Below, one piece after another: positions 31,501-45,990 of a DNA stretch of 64,000 nucleotides. A model generated the notes under the pieces. The model saw only the letters and a program-made list of their open reading frames with translations, was not told where the DNA came from and did not search any database. The DNA is taken from NCBI RefSeq assembly GCF_009914755.1, contig NC_060945.1. One strand, written 5' to 3'. This DNA comes from the human T2T-CHM13v2.0 reference genome, Homo sapiens. Position 1 is the first letter of the stretch. Each line of letters opens with the position of its first letter. Made by a program: the position numbers and the translations under genes.

Positions 31501-34500
31501 TCTTTAGTCAAAGCCTGGAGAATAGTTACATCTCCTGGATGATCAGTTCAGAAATACATCACAATGCCCCCTCCCTGCGGAGCCTACAGAAGATTTGCAT
31601 CATTTGGGTGATCAGTGCAGAGATATATCACAATGTCCCCTGTACAAAAAGCATGGAAATGATTTACACCACCTCGGTGATCAGTGCATAGGTATGTCAG
31701 AAATCCCCAGTAGGCTGAACCTAGACAAGGGTTACATCACTTAGGTGATCAGTGTAGAGATATGTGAAAAGTCCCATGTAGACAGAGCCTAGACAAGTGT
31801 TCCATCAGCTAGTGATCAGTGCAGGGATAAGTTGTAAAGCCTACTGTAGGCAGAGTGTAGACAAGTGTTTCCTCCCTGGGGTGATCACTGTAGAGATATG
31901 TCACAAAGCCCCTGTAAGCAGAACCTTGACAAGGGTTACATCACCTGTTTGATCAGTGGAAATGTATATCACAAAGTCCCCTGTAGGCAAAGCCCAGACA
32001 ATTGTTACATCACCTGGGTGAGCAGTGGAGAGATCTGTCACAATGCCCCTGTAGGCAGAGATTAAACAAGGGTTACATCACCTGGGTGATCAGTGCAGAG
32101 ATATGTCAAAACACTCCTGTAGGATGAACCTAGACAGGAGTAACCACCCGGGTGATCAGTGCAGAGATATGTGAGAATTCCCGTGTAGACAGAGTCTAGA
32201 CAAGCGTTACATCACCTAGGTTATAAGTGCAGGTATAAGTAGTAAAGCCTCCTGTAGGCAGAGCGTAGACAAGAGTTCCCTCCCAAGGGTGATAAGTGCA
32301 GAGATGTGTCACAAAGCCCCCATAGGCAGAGCCTAGACAAGAGTTTCATCACTTGGTTGATCAGTTCAGAGATGTGTCAAAATGTCCATGTAGGCAGATC
32401 TAAGACAAGAGTCCATCACCTGTGTGATCAGTGCAGAGATATGTACCAATGTCCCCTGTAGGCAGTGCCTAGACAAGAGTTACATCACCTCAGAGATCAG
32501 TGCATAGATCTGTCACAAAGCCTTCTATAGGCAAACCCATACAAGGCTTACATCATCTAGGTGACCAGCGCAGAGATACGTCACACAAATCCTTGTAGAG
32601 AGAGCCTAGACAAGGGTTACATCACCTAGATGAACACTACAGAGATATTTCACAATATCCCCTGTAGGCAGATCGTAGACAAGAGTTGAATCACCTGGGT
32701 GATCAGTGCAGAGATATTTCACAATGACCCCTATGGGTAGACGGTAGACAAGAGTTACATCACCTAGGTGATCCGTGCAGAGATTTGTCAAAATTCCCAG
32801 TAGGCAGTACTTATAGAAGTGTTACATCACCTAAGTGATCAGTGCAGAGATATGTCACAAAGCTCCTGTAGGCAGAACTTAGATGAGTTATATCACCTGG
32901 GAGATCAGTGCAAAGGTATGTCACAAAGCCCCATGTAGGCAAAGCCTAGACAATAGTTCCATCACTTGGGTGATCAGTGGCGAGATCTCTCACAATTCCC
33001 CTGTAGGTAGAGGTTATACAACAGTTACCTCACCTGGGTGATCAGTGCAGAGATATGTCACAATGCCCCCATAGGAAGATCCAAGACAAGAGTCCGTCAC
33101 CTGGGTGATCAGTGCAGAGATATGTGAGAAATCCCGTGTAGGCAGAGCCTAGACAAGTGTTACATCAACTAGGTTATCAGTGCAGGTATAAGTCATAAAG
33201 CCTCCTATAGGCAGAGCGTAGAAAAGAGTTCCCTCCCCAGGGTGATCAGTGCAGAGATGTGTCACAAAGCCCTGTAGGCAGAGCCTAGACAAGAGATTCA
33301 TCACTTGGTTGATCAGTTCAGAGATGTGTCACAATCTCCATGTAGGCAGATCTAAGACAAGAGTCCATCACCTGGGTGATCAGTGCAGAGATATGGACCA
33401 ATATCCCCTGTAGGCAGTGCCTAGACAAGAGTTGCATCACCTCAGAGATCAGTGCAGAGATATTTCACAAAGCCTTCTGTAGGCAAAGCCCATACAAGGC
33501 TTACATCACCTAGGTGATCAGTGCAGTGATATGTCACAAAAATCCCTGTAGACAGAGACTAGAAAAGAGGTACATCAACTGGGAGATCAGTGCAGATATT
33601 TGACACAATGCCCCCATAGACAGAGCCTAGACAAGACTTCCATCACCTTGGCGATAAGTGCAGAGATATGTCACAAATCCCCCTCTAGGCAGAGTACAGA
33701 GAAGAGTCCCATCACCTGGGTGATCAGTGCAGAGATATTTCACAATGCCCCCTGTGGGCAGAGAGTGGACAAGAGTTACATAACCTAGGTGGTCTGTGCA
33801 GAGCTATATCAAAACGCCCCTGTAGGCAGAGCCTAGATAAATATTACATCACCTGGGTGATCAGTGCAGAGATACGTCACAATAACCCCTGTAGGTGGAG
33901 CCTAGACAAGAGTTACATCAACTGGGTGATCAGTGCAGAGATATGTCACAAAGCCCCTGTAGGCACAGCCTAAAGAAGTGTTACATCACCTGGGTGATCA
34001 GTGAAGAAATATGTCACAAAGCCCCTGTAGGACGAGCCTAGACAAGAGTTGTTACATCTCCTGGGTGATCAGTGCAAAGATATGTCACAAAGCCCCCTGT
34101 AGACAAATCTCAGAAAATTGTTACATCACATGGTTGATCAGTGGAGATATCTGTCAAAATTCCCCTACAGGCGCAGCTTAGACAAGCGTTACATCACATG
34201 AGTGATCATTTCAGAGATATGTCACTATGCCCCCATAGGCAGATCCAAGACAAGAGTCCATCACCTCGGTGATCAGTGCAGATATATGCCACAATGCCAC
34301 CAGTAGGCAGATATAGAGAAAGTTACATCACCTGCGTGATCAAGGCAGAGATATGTCACAATGCCCCTGTAGGCAGAGCCTAGACGAGAGTCCCATCACC
34401 TGGGTGATCAGTGCAGAGTTATGTCACAATGCCCCCTCTTGACAGAGCCTAGAAAATGGTTATATCACCTGGGTGATCAGTGCAGAGATGTGTCACAACA

Positions 34501-37500
34501 CCCCTGTAGCCAGAGCCTAGACCAGAGTTACATCACCTGGGTGATCAGTGCAGAGATATGTCATAAATCCCACTGTAGGCAAAGCCTAGACAAGTTTTAC
34601 ATCACCTCAGCGATCAGTGTAGAAATATGGCCCAATATCCCTCTAGGCAGAGCTTAGACAAGAGTCACATCTCCTGGGTGATCAGTGCAGAGAAAAGTCA
34701 CAATGCCCCCGTAGGCAGAGCATAGACGAGAGTTCCATAACCCGGGTGATCCGTGCAGAGTGATGTCACAACGCCCTCTGTAGGCAGAGACTAGAAAAGA
34801 GTTACATCACCTGGGTGATCAGTGCAGATATATGTCACAATACCCGCTGTAGGCAGAGCATAGAGAAGAGTGGCATCACCTCGGTGATCAGTGCAGATAT
34901 ATGTCACAATGTCCCCTGCAGGCAAAGCCTAGGCAAGAGTTACATCACGTTTGTCATCAGTTTAGGGATATGTGAAAACGCCCCTGTAGGCAGAGCCTAG
35001 ACAAGAGTTACATCACCTAGTTAATCAGTGCAGAGATATTTCACAATACACCCTGTAGGCAGTTACTAGGCAAGAGTTGAATCACCTGGGTGATCAGTGC
35101 AGAGATATTTCACAATGCCCCCTTTGGGCAGAGGGTAGACAAGAGTTACATCACCTAGGTGATCCGTGCAGAGATTTGTCAAAATTCCCTTTGGCAGTGC
35201 TCATAAAAGTGTTACATCACCTAAGTGATCAGTGTAAAGATATGTCACAAAGCTCCTGTAGGCAGAACTTAGATGAGTTACGTCACCTGGGAGATCAGTG
35301 CAAAGGTATGTCACAAAGCCCCATGTAGGCAAAGCCTAGACAATAGTTCCATCACTTGGGTGATCAGTGGCGAGATCTCTCACAATACCCCTGTAGGCAG
35401 AGCTTATACAACAGTTACATCATCTGGATGATCAGTGCAGAGATATGTCACAATGCCCCCATAGGCAGATCCAAGACAAGAGTCCGTCACCTGGGTGATC
35501 AGTGCAGAGATATGTGAGAATTCCCGTGTAGGCAGTGTCTAGACAAGAGTTACATCACCTAGGATATCAGTGCAGGTATAAGTCATAAAGCCTCCTGTAG
35601 GCAGAGCGTAGACAAGAGTTCCCTCCCCAGGGTGATCAGTGCAGAGATGTGTCACAAAGCCCCTGTAGGCAGAGCCTAGACAAGAGTTTCATCACTTGGT
35701 TGATCAGTTCAGAGATGTGTCACAATCTCCATGTAGGCAGATCTAAGACAAGAGTCCATTACCTGGGTGATCAGTGCAGAGATATGTACCAATGTCCCCT
35801 GAAGGCAGTGCCTAGACAAGAGTTGCATCACCTCAGATGTCAGTGCATAGATATGTCACAAAGCCTTCTGTAGGCAAAGCCCATACAAGGCTTACATCAC
35901 CTAGGTGATCAGTGCAGTGATATGTCACAAAAATCCCTGTAGACAGAGCCTAGAAAAGAGTTACATCACCTGGGTGATCAGTGCAGATATTTGACACAAT
36001 GCCCCCATAGACAGAGCCTAGACAAGACTTCCATCACCTGGTTGATCAGTGCAGAGATATGTCACAAATTCCCCTCTAGGCAGAGTATAGAGAAGAGTCC
36101 CATCACCTGGGTGATCAGTGCAGAGATATTTCACAATGCCCCCTGTAGACAGAGAGTGGACAAGAGTTACATAACCTAGGTGATCTGTGAAGAGCTATGC
36201 CAAAACGCCCCTGTAGGCAGAGCCTAGATAAATGTTACATCACCTGGGTGATCAGTGCAGAGATACGTCACAATAACCCCTGTAGGTGGAGCCTAGACAA
36301 GAGTTACATCAACTGGGTGATCAGTGCAGAGATATGTCACAAAGCCCCTGTAGGCAGAGCCTAAACAAGAGTTACATCACCTGGCTGATCAGTGCAGAAA
36401 TATGTCACAAAGCCCCTGTAGGCCCTGCCTAGCCAAGAGTTGTTACCTCTCCTGGGTGATCAGTGCAAAGATATGGCACAAAGCCCCCTGTAGACAAATC
36501 CCAGAAAATTGTTACATCACCTGGGTGATCAGTGGAGATATCTGTCAAAATTCCCCTTCAGGCACAGCTTGGACAAGCGTTACATCCCATGAGTGATCAG
36601 TGCAGAGATAAGTCATTATGCCCCCATAGGCAGATCCAAGACAAGAGTCCATCACCTGGGTGATCAGTGCAGAAATATGTCACAATGTCGACAGTAGGCA
36701 GATACAGACAAGAGTTACATCACCTGCGTGATCACTGCAGAGATATGTCACAATGCCCCTGTAGGCAGAGCCTAGACACGAGTCCCATCACCTGGGCGAT
36801 CAGTGCAGAGTTATGTCACAATGCCCCCTTTTGACAGAGCCTAGAGAAGGGTTACATCACCTGGGTGATCAGTGCAGAGATGTGTCACAAGCCCGCTGTA
36901 GCCAGAGCCTATATATGAGATACACCAGCTATGTGATCAGTGCAGTGACATGTCACAATGTCCCTGTAGCCATATCCTTGAGAAAAGTGACATCACCTCG
37001 GTGATCAGTGCGTAGATATGTCACAATATCTCCAATAGGCAGATTAGACAAGAGTTACATCTCCTGGGTGATCAGGGCAGAGATATGTCACAATGCCCCC
37101 TGTAAGCAGATCCCAGACAAGAGTTGCATCACCTCGGTGATCAGTGCAGTGATATGTCTCAATGCCCCCTGTCGTTGAAGCCTATACAAGAGTAACATCA
37201 TCTCGGTGATCAGTGCAGTGATATGTTAAAATGCCCCTGTAGGCAGAGCCTAGACAAGAGTCACATCACCTGGGTGATCAGTGCAGAGATATCTCACAAT
37301 AACCCCTGTAAGCAGAGCCTACACAACAGTTACAACACCTGGGTGATCAGTGCAGAGATATGTCATAAATCTCACTGTAGGCAAAGCCTAGACAAGTTTT
37401 ACACCACCTCAGCGATCAGTGCAGGGATATGTCCCAATGTCCCTCAAGGCAGAGCTTAGACAAGAGTCACATCTCCTGGGTGATCAGTGCAGAGATAAGT

Positions 37501-40500
37501 CACAATGACCCCGTAGGCAGAGCCTAGACAATAGTTACATAACCCGGGTGATCCGTGCAGAGTCATGTCACAACGCCCTCTGTAGGCAGAGACTAGAAAA
37601 GAGTTACATCACCTTTGTGATCAGTGCAGAGATATGTCACAATGCCCCCTGTAGGCAGAGCATAGAGAAGAGTTGCAACACCTGGGTGATCAGTGCAGAG
37701 ATATGTCACAAAGCTCCTGTAGGCAGAACTTAGATGAGTTACATCACCTGGGAGATCAGTGCAAAGGTATGTCACAAAGCCCCATGTAGGCAAAGCCTAG
37801 ACAACAGTTACATCACTTGGGTGATCAGTGGCGAGATCTCTCACAATTCCCCTGTAGACAGAGCTTATACAACAGTTACATCACCTGGGTGATCAGTGCA
37901 GAGATATGTCACAATGCCCCCATAGGCAGATCCAAGACAAGAGTCCGTCACCTGGGTGATCAGTGCAGAGATATGTGAGAATTCCCGTGTAGGCAGAGCC
38001 TAGACAAGTGTTACATCACCTAGGTTATCAGTGCAGGTATAAGTCATAAAGCCTCCTGTAGGCAGAGCGTAGACAAGAGTTCCCTCCCCAGGGTGATCAG
38101 TGCAGAGATGTGTCACAAAGCCCCTGTAGGCAGAGCCTAGACAAGAGTTTCATCACTTGGTTGATCAGTTCAGAGATGTGTCACAATGTCCACGTAGGCA
38201 GATCTAAGTCAAGACTCCATCACCTGGGTGATCTGTGCAGAGATATGTACCAATGTCCCCTGTAGGCAGTGCCTAGACAAGAGTTGCATCACCTCAGAGA
38301 TCAGTGCAGAGATATTTCACAAAGCCTTCTGTAGGCAAAGCCCATACAAGGCTTACATCACCTAGGTGATCAGTGCAGTGATATGTCAAAAAAATCTCCG
38401 TAGACAGAGCCTAGAAAAGAGGTACATCACCTGGGTGATCAGTGCAGATATTTGACAGAATGCCCCCATAGACAGAGCCTAGACAAGACTTCCATCACCT
38501 TGGCGATCAGTGCAGAGATATGTCACAAATCCCCCTCTAAGCAGAGTACAGAGAAGAGTCCCATCACCTGATTGATCAGTGCAGAGATGTTTCACAATGT
38601 CCCCTGTAGGCAGAGAGTGGACAAGGGTTACATAACCTAGGTGATCTGTGGAGAGCTATGTCAAAACGCCCCTGTAGGCAGAGCCTAGATAAATGTTACA
38701 TCACCTGGGTGATCAGCGCAGAGATAGGTCACAATACCCCTGTAGGTGGAGCCTAGACAAGAGTTACATCAACTGGGTGATCAGTGCAGAGATATGTCAC
38801 AAATCCCTGATAGGCAGAGCCTAGACAAGAGTCCCATCACCTGGGTGATCATTGCAGAGTTATGTCACAAAACCCCCTTTTGACAGAGCCTAGACAAGGG
38901 TTACATCACCTGGGTGATCATTGCAGAGATGTGTCACAAGCCCCCTGTAGCCAGAGCCTGGAAAAGAGTTACATCTGCTGTGTGATCAGTGCAGTGACAT
39001 TTCACAATGTCCCTGTAGCCATATCCTTGAGAAAAGTGACATCACCTGGGTGATCAGTGCGGAGATATATCACATTGTCTCCAGTAGGCAGAGCCTAGAC
39101 AAGAGTTACATCACCTGGGTGATCAGGGCAGAGATATGTCACAATGACCCCTGTAAGCAGATATGAGACAAGAGTTGCATCACCTCGGTGATCAGTGCAG
39201 ATTTATGTCTCAATGCACCTTTTCAGCGAAGCCTATACAAAAGTTACATCATCTCGGTGATCAGTGCAGTGATATGTTAAAATGCCCCTGTAGGCAGAGC
39301 CTAGACAAGAGTTACATCACCTGGGTGATCAGTGCAGAGATATCTCATAATACTCCCTTTAAGCAGAACCTAGACAAGAGTTACATCACCTGGGTGATTA
39401 ATGCAGAGATATGTCATAAATCCCACGTAGGCAAAGCCTAGACAAGTTTTATATAACCTCAGCGATCAGTGCAGAGATATGTCCCAATGTCCCTCTAGGC
39501 AGAGCTTAGAAAAGGGTCACACCTCCTGAGTGATCAGTGCAGAGATAAGTCACAATGCCCCCATAGGCAGAGCCTAGAGGAGAGTTACATAACCCTGGTG
39601 ATCCGTGCAGAGTGATGTCACAACGCCCTCTGTAGGCAGAGACTAGAAAAGAGTTACATCACCTGGGTGATCAGTGCAGAGATATGTCACAATGCCCCCA
39701 GGAGGCAGAGCATAGAGAAGAGTTGCATCACATGGGTGATCAGTGCAGAGATATGTCAAAATGTCCCCTGTAGGCAGAGTATAGAGAAGAGTTGCATCAC
39801 ATGGGTGATCAGTGCAGAGATATGTCAGAATGTCCCCTGTAGGCAGAGCATAGAGAAGAGTTGCATCACCTGGGTGATCAGTGCGGAGATATGTCACAAT
39901 GTCCCCTGTAGGCAAAGCCTAGGCAAGAGTTGCATCACCTAGGTGATCAGTGCAGATATATGTCCAATGTCCCCTGTAGGCAAAGCCTAGGCAAGAGTTA
40001 CATCACCTTTGTCATCAGTTCAGGGATATGTGAAAATGCCCCTGTAGGCAGAGGCTAGAGAAGAGTTACATCACTTTGTTGATCAGTGCAGATATGTTTC
40101 ACAATACCCCCTGTAGGCAGATCTTAGACAAGAGTTGAATCACCTTGGTGATCAGTGCAGAGATATTTCACAATGCCCCCTTTGGGCAGAGGGTAGACAA
40201 GAGATACATCACCTAGGTGATCCGTGCAAAGATTTGTCAAATTTCCCTGAAGGCAGTGCTTATGAAAGTGTTACATCAGCTAAGTGATCAGTGCAGAGAT
40301 ATGTCACAAAGCTCCTGTAAGCAGAATTTAGATGAGTTACATAACCGGGTGATCATTGCACAGGTATGTCACAAAGCCCCCTGTAGGCAAAGCCTAGACA
40401 ATAGTTCCATCACTTGGGTGATCAGTGGCGAGGTCTCTCACAATTCCCCTGTAGGCAGAGCTTATACAAGAGTTACATCACCTAGGTGATCAGTGCAGAG

Positions 40501-43160
40501 ATATTTCACAATGCTCTTGCAGGCAGAGCGTAAGCAAGAGTTACATCACCTAGATGATCAGCGCAGAGATATGTCACAAGGCCCCCTATAGGCAGAGCCT
40601 GGACAAGAGTTACATCACCTCGGTGATCAATGCAGCGATATGTCACTATGACCCGTAGGCAGAGCCTAGTCAAGCGTTACATCACCTGGGTGATCAGTGC
40701 ACATATATGTCACAAAGCCCCCATACACAGAGCCTAGACGAGAGTCCCATCACCTGGGTATTCAGTGCAGAGTTCTGTCACAAATTCCCTTTAGGCAGAT
40801 CCTAGACAAGTGTTACATCACTTGGATGATCAGTGTAAAGATATGTCACAATGTCACTGTAGGCAGAGTCTAGACAAGAGTTACATGACGTAGGTGATCA
40901 GTGCAGAGATACATCGCAATGTCCCTGTAGGCAGAGCCTTGACAAGTGGTACATCACCTGGGTGATCATTGCAGGGATATGTCACAAATCACCCTGTAGG
41001 CAGATCCTAGAAAAGAGTTACATCACCTAGGTGATCAGTGCAGAGATTTGTCAAAATTCCCTGTGGGCAGTGCTTATATAAGTGTTGCATCACCTAAGAG
41101 ATCAGTGCAGAGATACGTCACAAAGCTCCTGTAGGCAGAATTTAGATGAGTTTACATCACCTCGGTGATCAGTGCAAAGCTATGTCACAAATCCCCTGTA
41201 GGCAAAGCCTAGACAATAGTTACATCACTTGTGTGATCAGTGGTGAGATCTCTCACAATTCCCCTGTCGGCAGAGATTATACAATAGTTACATCACCTGG
41301 GTGATCAGTGCAGAGATATGTAACAGTACCCCCATAGGCAGATCCAAGACAAGAGTCCGTCACCTGGGTGATCAGTGCAGAAATATGTCACAAAGCCCCC
41401 TTAGGCAGAGCCTAGACAAAAGACCCATCACCTGGATGATTAGTGCAGAGTTATGTCACAAAGTCCCTTTAGGCAGATCTTAGACAAGAGTTACATCACT
41501 TGGATGATCAGTGCAGAGATATGTCACAATGCCAATGTAAGCAGAGCCTAGATAAGTGTTACATGACCTAGGTGAACACTGCAGGGATACATCGCAATGT
41601 CCCTGTAGGCAGAGCCTTGACAAGTGGTACATCACCTGGGTGATCATTGCAGGGATATGTCACAAGGCACCCTGTAGGCATATCCTAGAAAAGAGTTACA
41701 TCACCTGGGTGATCAGTGCAGAGATATGTCACAATGCCACTGTAGGCAGAGCCTAGACAAGAGTTACATGACCTAGGTGATCAGTGCAGAGATACATCGC
41801 AATGCCCCTGTAGGTAGAGCCTTGGCAAGTGGCATATCACCTGGGTGATCATTGCAGGGATATGTCACAAGGCACCCTGTAGGCATATCCTAGAAAAGAG
41901 TTACATCACCTGGGTGATCAGTGCAGAGATATGTCACAATGCCACTGTAGGCAGAGCCTAGACAAGAGTTACATGACCTAGGTGATCAGTGCAGAGATAC
42001 ATCGCAATGCCCCTGTAGGCAGAGCCTTGAAAAGTGGTATATCACCTGGGTGATCATTGCAGGGATATGTCACAAAGCACCCTGTAGGCAGATCCTAGAG
42101 AAGAGTTATATCACCTGAGTGATCAGTGCAGAGATATGTCACAAGCCCCCTGTAGGCAGAGCCTAGACAAGAGTTATATCACCTGGGTGATCAGTGCAGT
42201 GATATGTCACAATGCCGTGCAGCCAGATCCTAGACTAAATTTACAGCACCTGGGAGATCAGTGCAGAGATATGTCACAATGTCCCCAGTAGGCAGAGACC
42301 AGGCAAGAGTTGGATCACCTCGGGATCAGTGCAGAGATATGTCTCAATCCCCCTGTGGGCACAGCCTAGACAAGAGTTACATCACCTAGGTTAACAGTGC
42401 AGAGATATGTCGAAATGCCCTGTAGGCAGAACCTACACAAGTGTTACATCACTTAGGTAATCAGTGCAGAGATATGTCACAATACCCCCTGTAAGCAGAG
42501 CCTAGACAAGAGTTAGATCACCTGGGTGAACAATGAAGAGATATGTGGCAACGCCCCTTTAAGCAGAGCCTAGACAATAGTTACATCACCTGAGTGATCA
42601 GTGCAGAGATCTGTCACAATGCCCCTTTAGGCAGAGCTCAGAACAGAGTTACATCACCTGGGTGATCAGTGCGGATATATGTCACAATGCCCCCATAGGC
42701 AAATCCAAGACAAGGGTCTGTCACCTGGGTGATCAGTGCAGAAATATGTGACAATGCCCCCAGTAGGCAGAGCCAAGAGAAGAGTCCCACTACCTGGGTG
42801 ATCAGTGCAGAGATATGTGACAAGGACCCTTTAAGAAGAACCTAGACTATAGTTACATCACCTGAGTGATCAGTGCAGAGATCTGTCACAATGACCCTTT
42901 AGGCAGAGCTTAGACCAGAGTTACATCACCTGCGTGATCAGTGCAGAGATATTTCACAATGCCCCCATAGGCAGATCCAACACAAGAGTTACATCACCTG
43001 GGTGATCCGTGTAGAGATATGTCACAATGCCCCCATAGGCATAGCCTAGAAAAAAGTCCCATCACCTGGGTGATCAGTGCAGAGATATGTCACAAAGTCC
43101 CAGTAGGCAGAGCCTAGACAAGGTTTACATCACTTTGTTGATCAGTTCCGAGATGTGTCA
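31501..43160. repeat. Beta satellite (68-bp Sau3A / BSR) block 1
   Basis: Diverged 68-69 bp monomers with consensus GATCAGTGCAGAGATATGTCACAATGCCCCTGTAGGCAGAGCCTAGACAAGAGTTACATCACCTGGGT. Confidence 0.95.
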
Positions 43161-43744
43161 TGCTGACTGTTTGATCCCAGAGCTCTGTGGGCACCAGTAA
43201 ACATGCAGGGAAGGGTGGAAGAAAGGCATGGTGCCTTCGCTCTACTTGCCAGTTTCCAAACCGGCCACACAGCAGACTCCCCATTTTGCCGCACAAGGGA
43301 ATCCAACGTCAAGCCATCACGCTGGGGAGGCATCTTCTCTCTGGTGTCTTGCTGTAGTCTCCTATGTGGAAAGGAACGAGAGCCACACGCCTGCGTGTGT
43401 GAGACTGTCCTGGCAATGGCGACACCCACAGGCACTGCCTCCTTCAGGGAGAGAGGGCCTGGAACACTCAAGACTCCCACGGAGGTTCAGTTCCACACTC
43501 CTTTCCACTCTCCCAGGCCGGTTTCTCCCTGCTGAAGACGCGTGGGAGCCCAGAGAGCGGTTTCCAGTTCCCGCGGGATTCCTGGAGAGGTCCGGAGAGC
43601 CAGCCCCCGAAACGCAACCCCCTCACGCCTTCCACCTCGCCCCCTTCCTCTTCGTCTCTCCGGCCCCACCACCACCATCTCCACGCCCTCCCCCCCCACC
43701 CCACCACAGCCCGGCGGCAGTCCTCGACGCCCTGGGACCCTTCC

Positions 43745-45340
<1,596 letters not shown>

Positions 45341-45365
45341 CCAGCCTGGGATTCCTGCCTTCTAG

Positions 45366-45990
45366 GTGTAGGCCCGGTGAGAAAATCCACCCAGCGAAAA
45401 ACTTCCATTCTTTCCTGGGCATCCCGGGGATCCCAGACCCGGCCCAGGTACCAGCAGGTGGGCCGCCTACTGCGCACGCGCGTGTTTGTGGGCAGCCGCC
45501 TGGGATGTGGGAGCAGCCCAAGCAGAGCTCTCATGCCTTTCCACCACCCCACCCCCACCTGACCACCCCCACACCACCTTCACCACCCACCCCCAGAAAA
45601 TGCGTCCTACCCTGGGCTGAGTGGAGACCCCCGTCCCGTGAAACACCGTGCTCGCGCAGCATCCAGGCCTGACACCCCACCGGCGGCTCGCCTCCGTTGC
45701 GCATCCACGCCACCATCGCCAGCCCGCCCGTGCCCCTGCAGCCTCCCAGCTGTCACCATGGAGCGCCCAGCGGCGGAACGCACACGTCTAGCTCTCTTTG
45801 CCAGCCTCCTGGCTAGACCTGCAATAATTGTGCACCCCAGCTGACGTTCAAGGGAGACCGCTGGCCTCTCTGGGCCCTTGTCCATCTGTGAAATTCCGGC
45901 TGAGGCTCTCCCAACACCTTCCGACGCTCTTTAGTCAAAGCCTGGAGAATAGTTACATCTCCTGGATGATCAGTTCAGAAATATGTCACA
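45366..45990 (+). other. DUX4 3' UTR exon-2 / intron-2 / exon-3-like region with retained splice dinucleotides
   Basis: TTCTAG|GTGTAGGCCCGG acceptor-like site at ~45365, GTACCAGCAG|GTGGG donor at 45458, and CCTGGCTAG|ACCTG acceptor with the exon starting at 45817. Exon assignments come from the recalled DUX4 structure. Confidence 0.65.
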
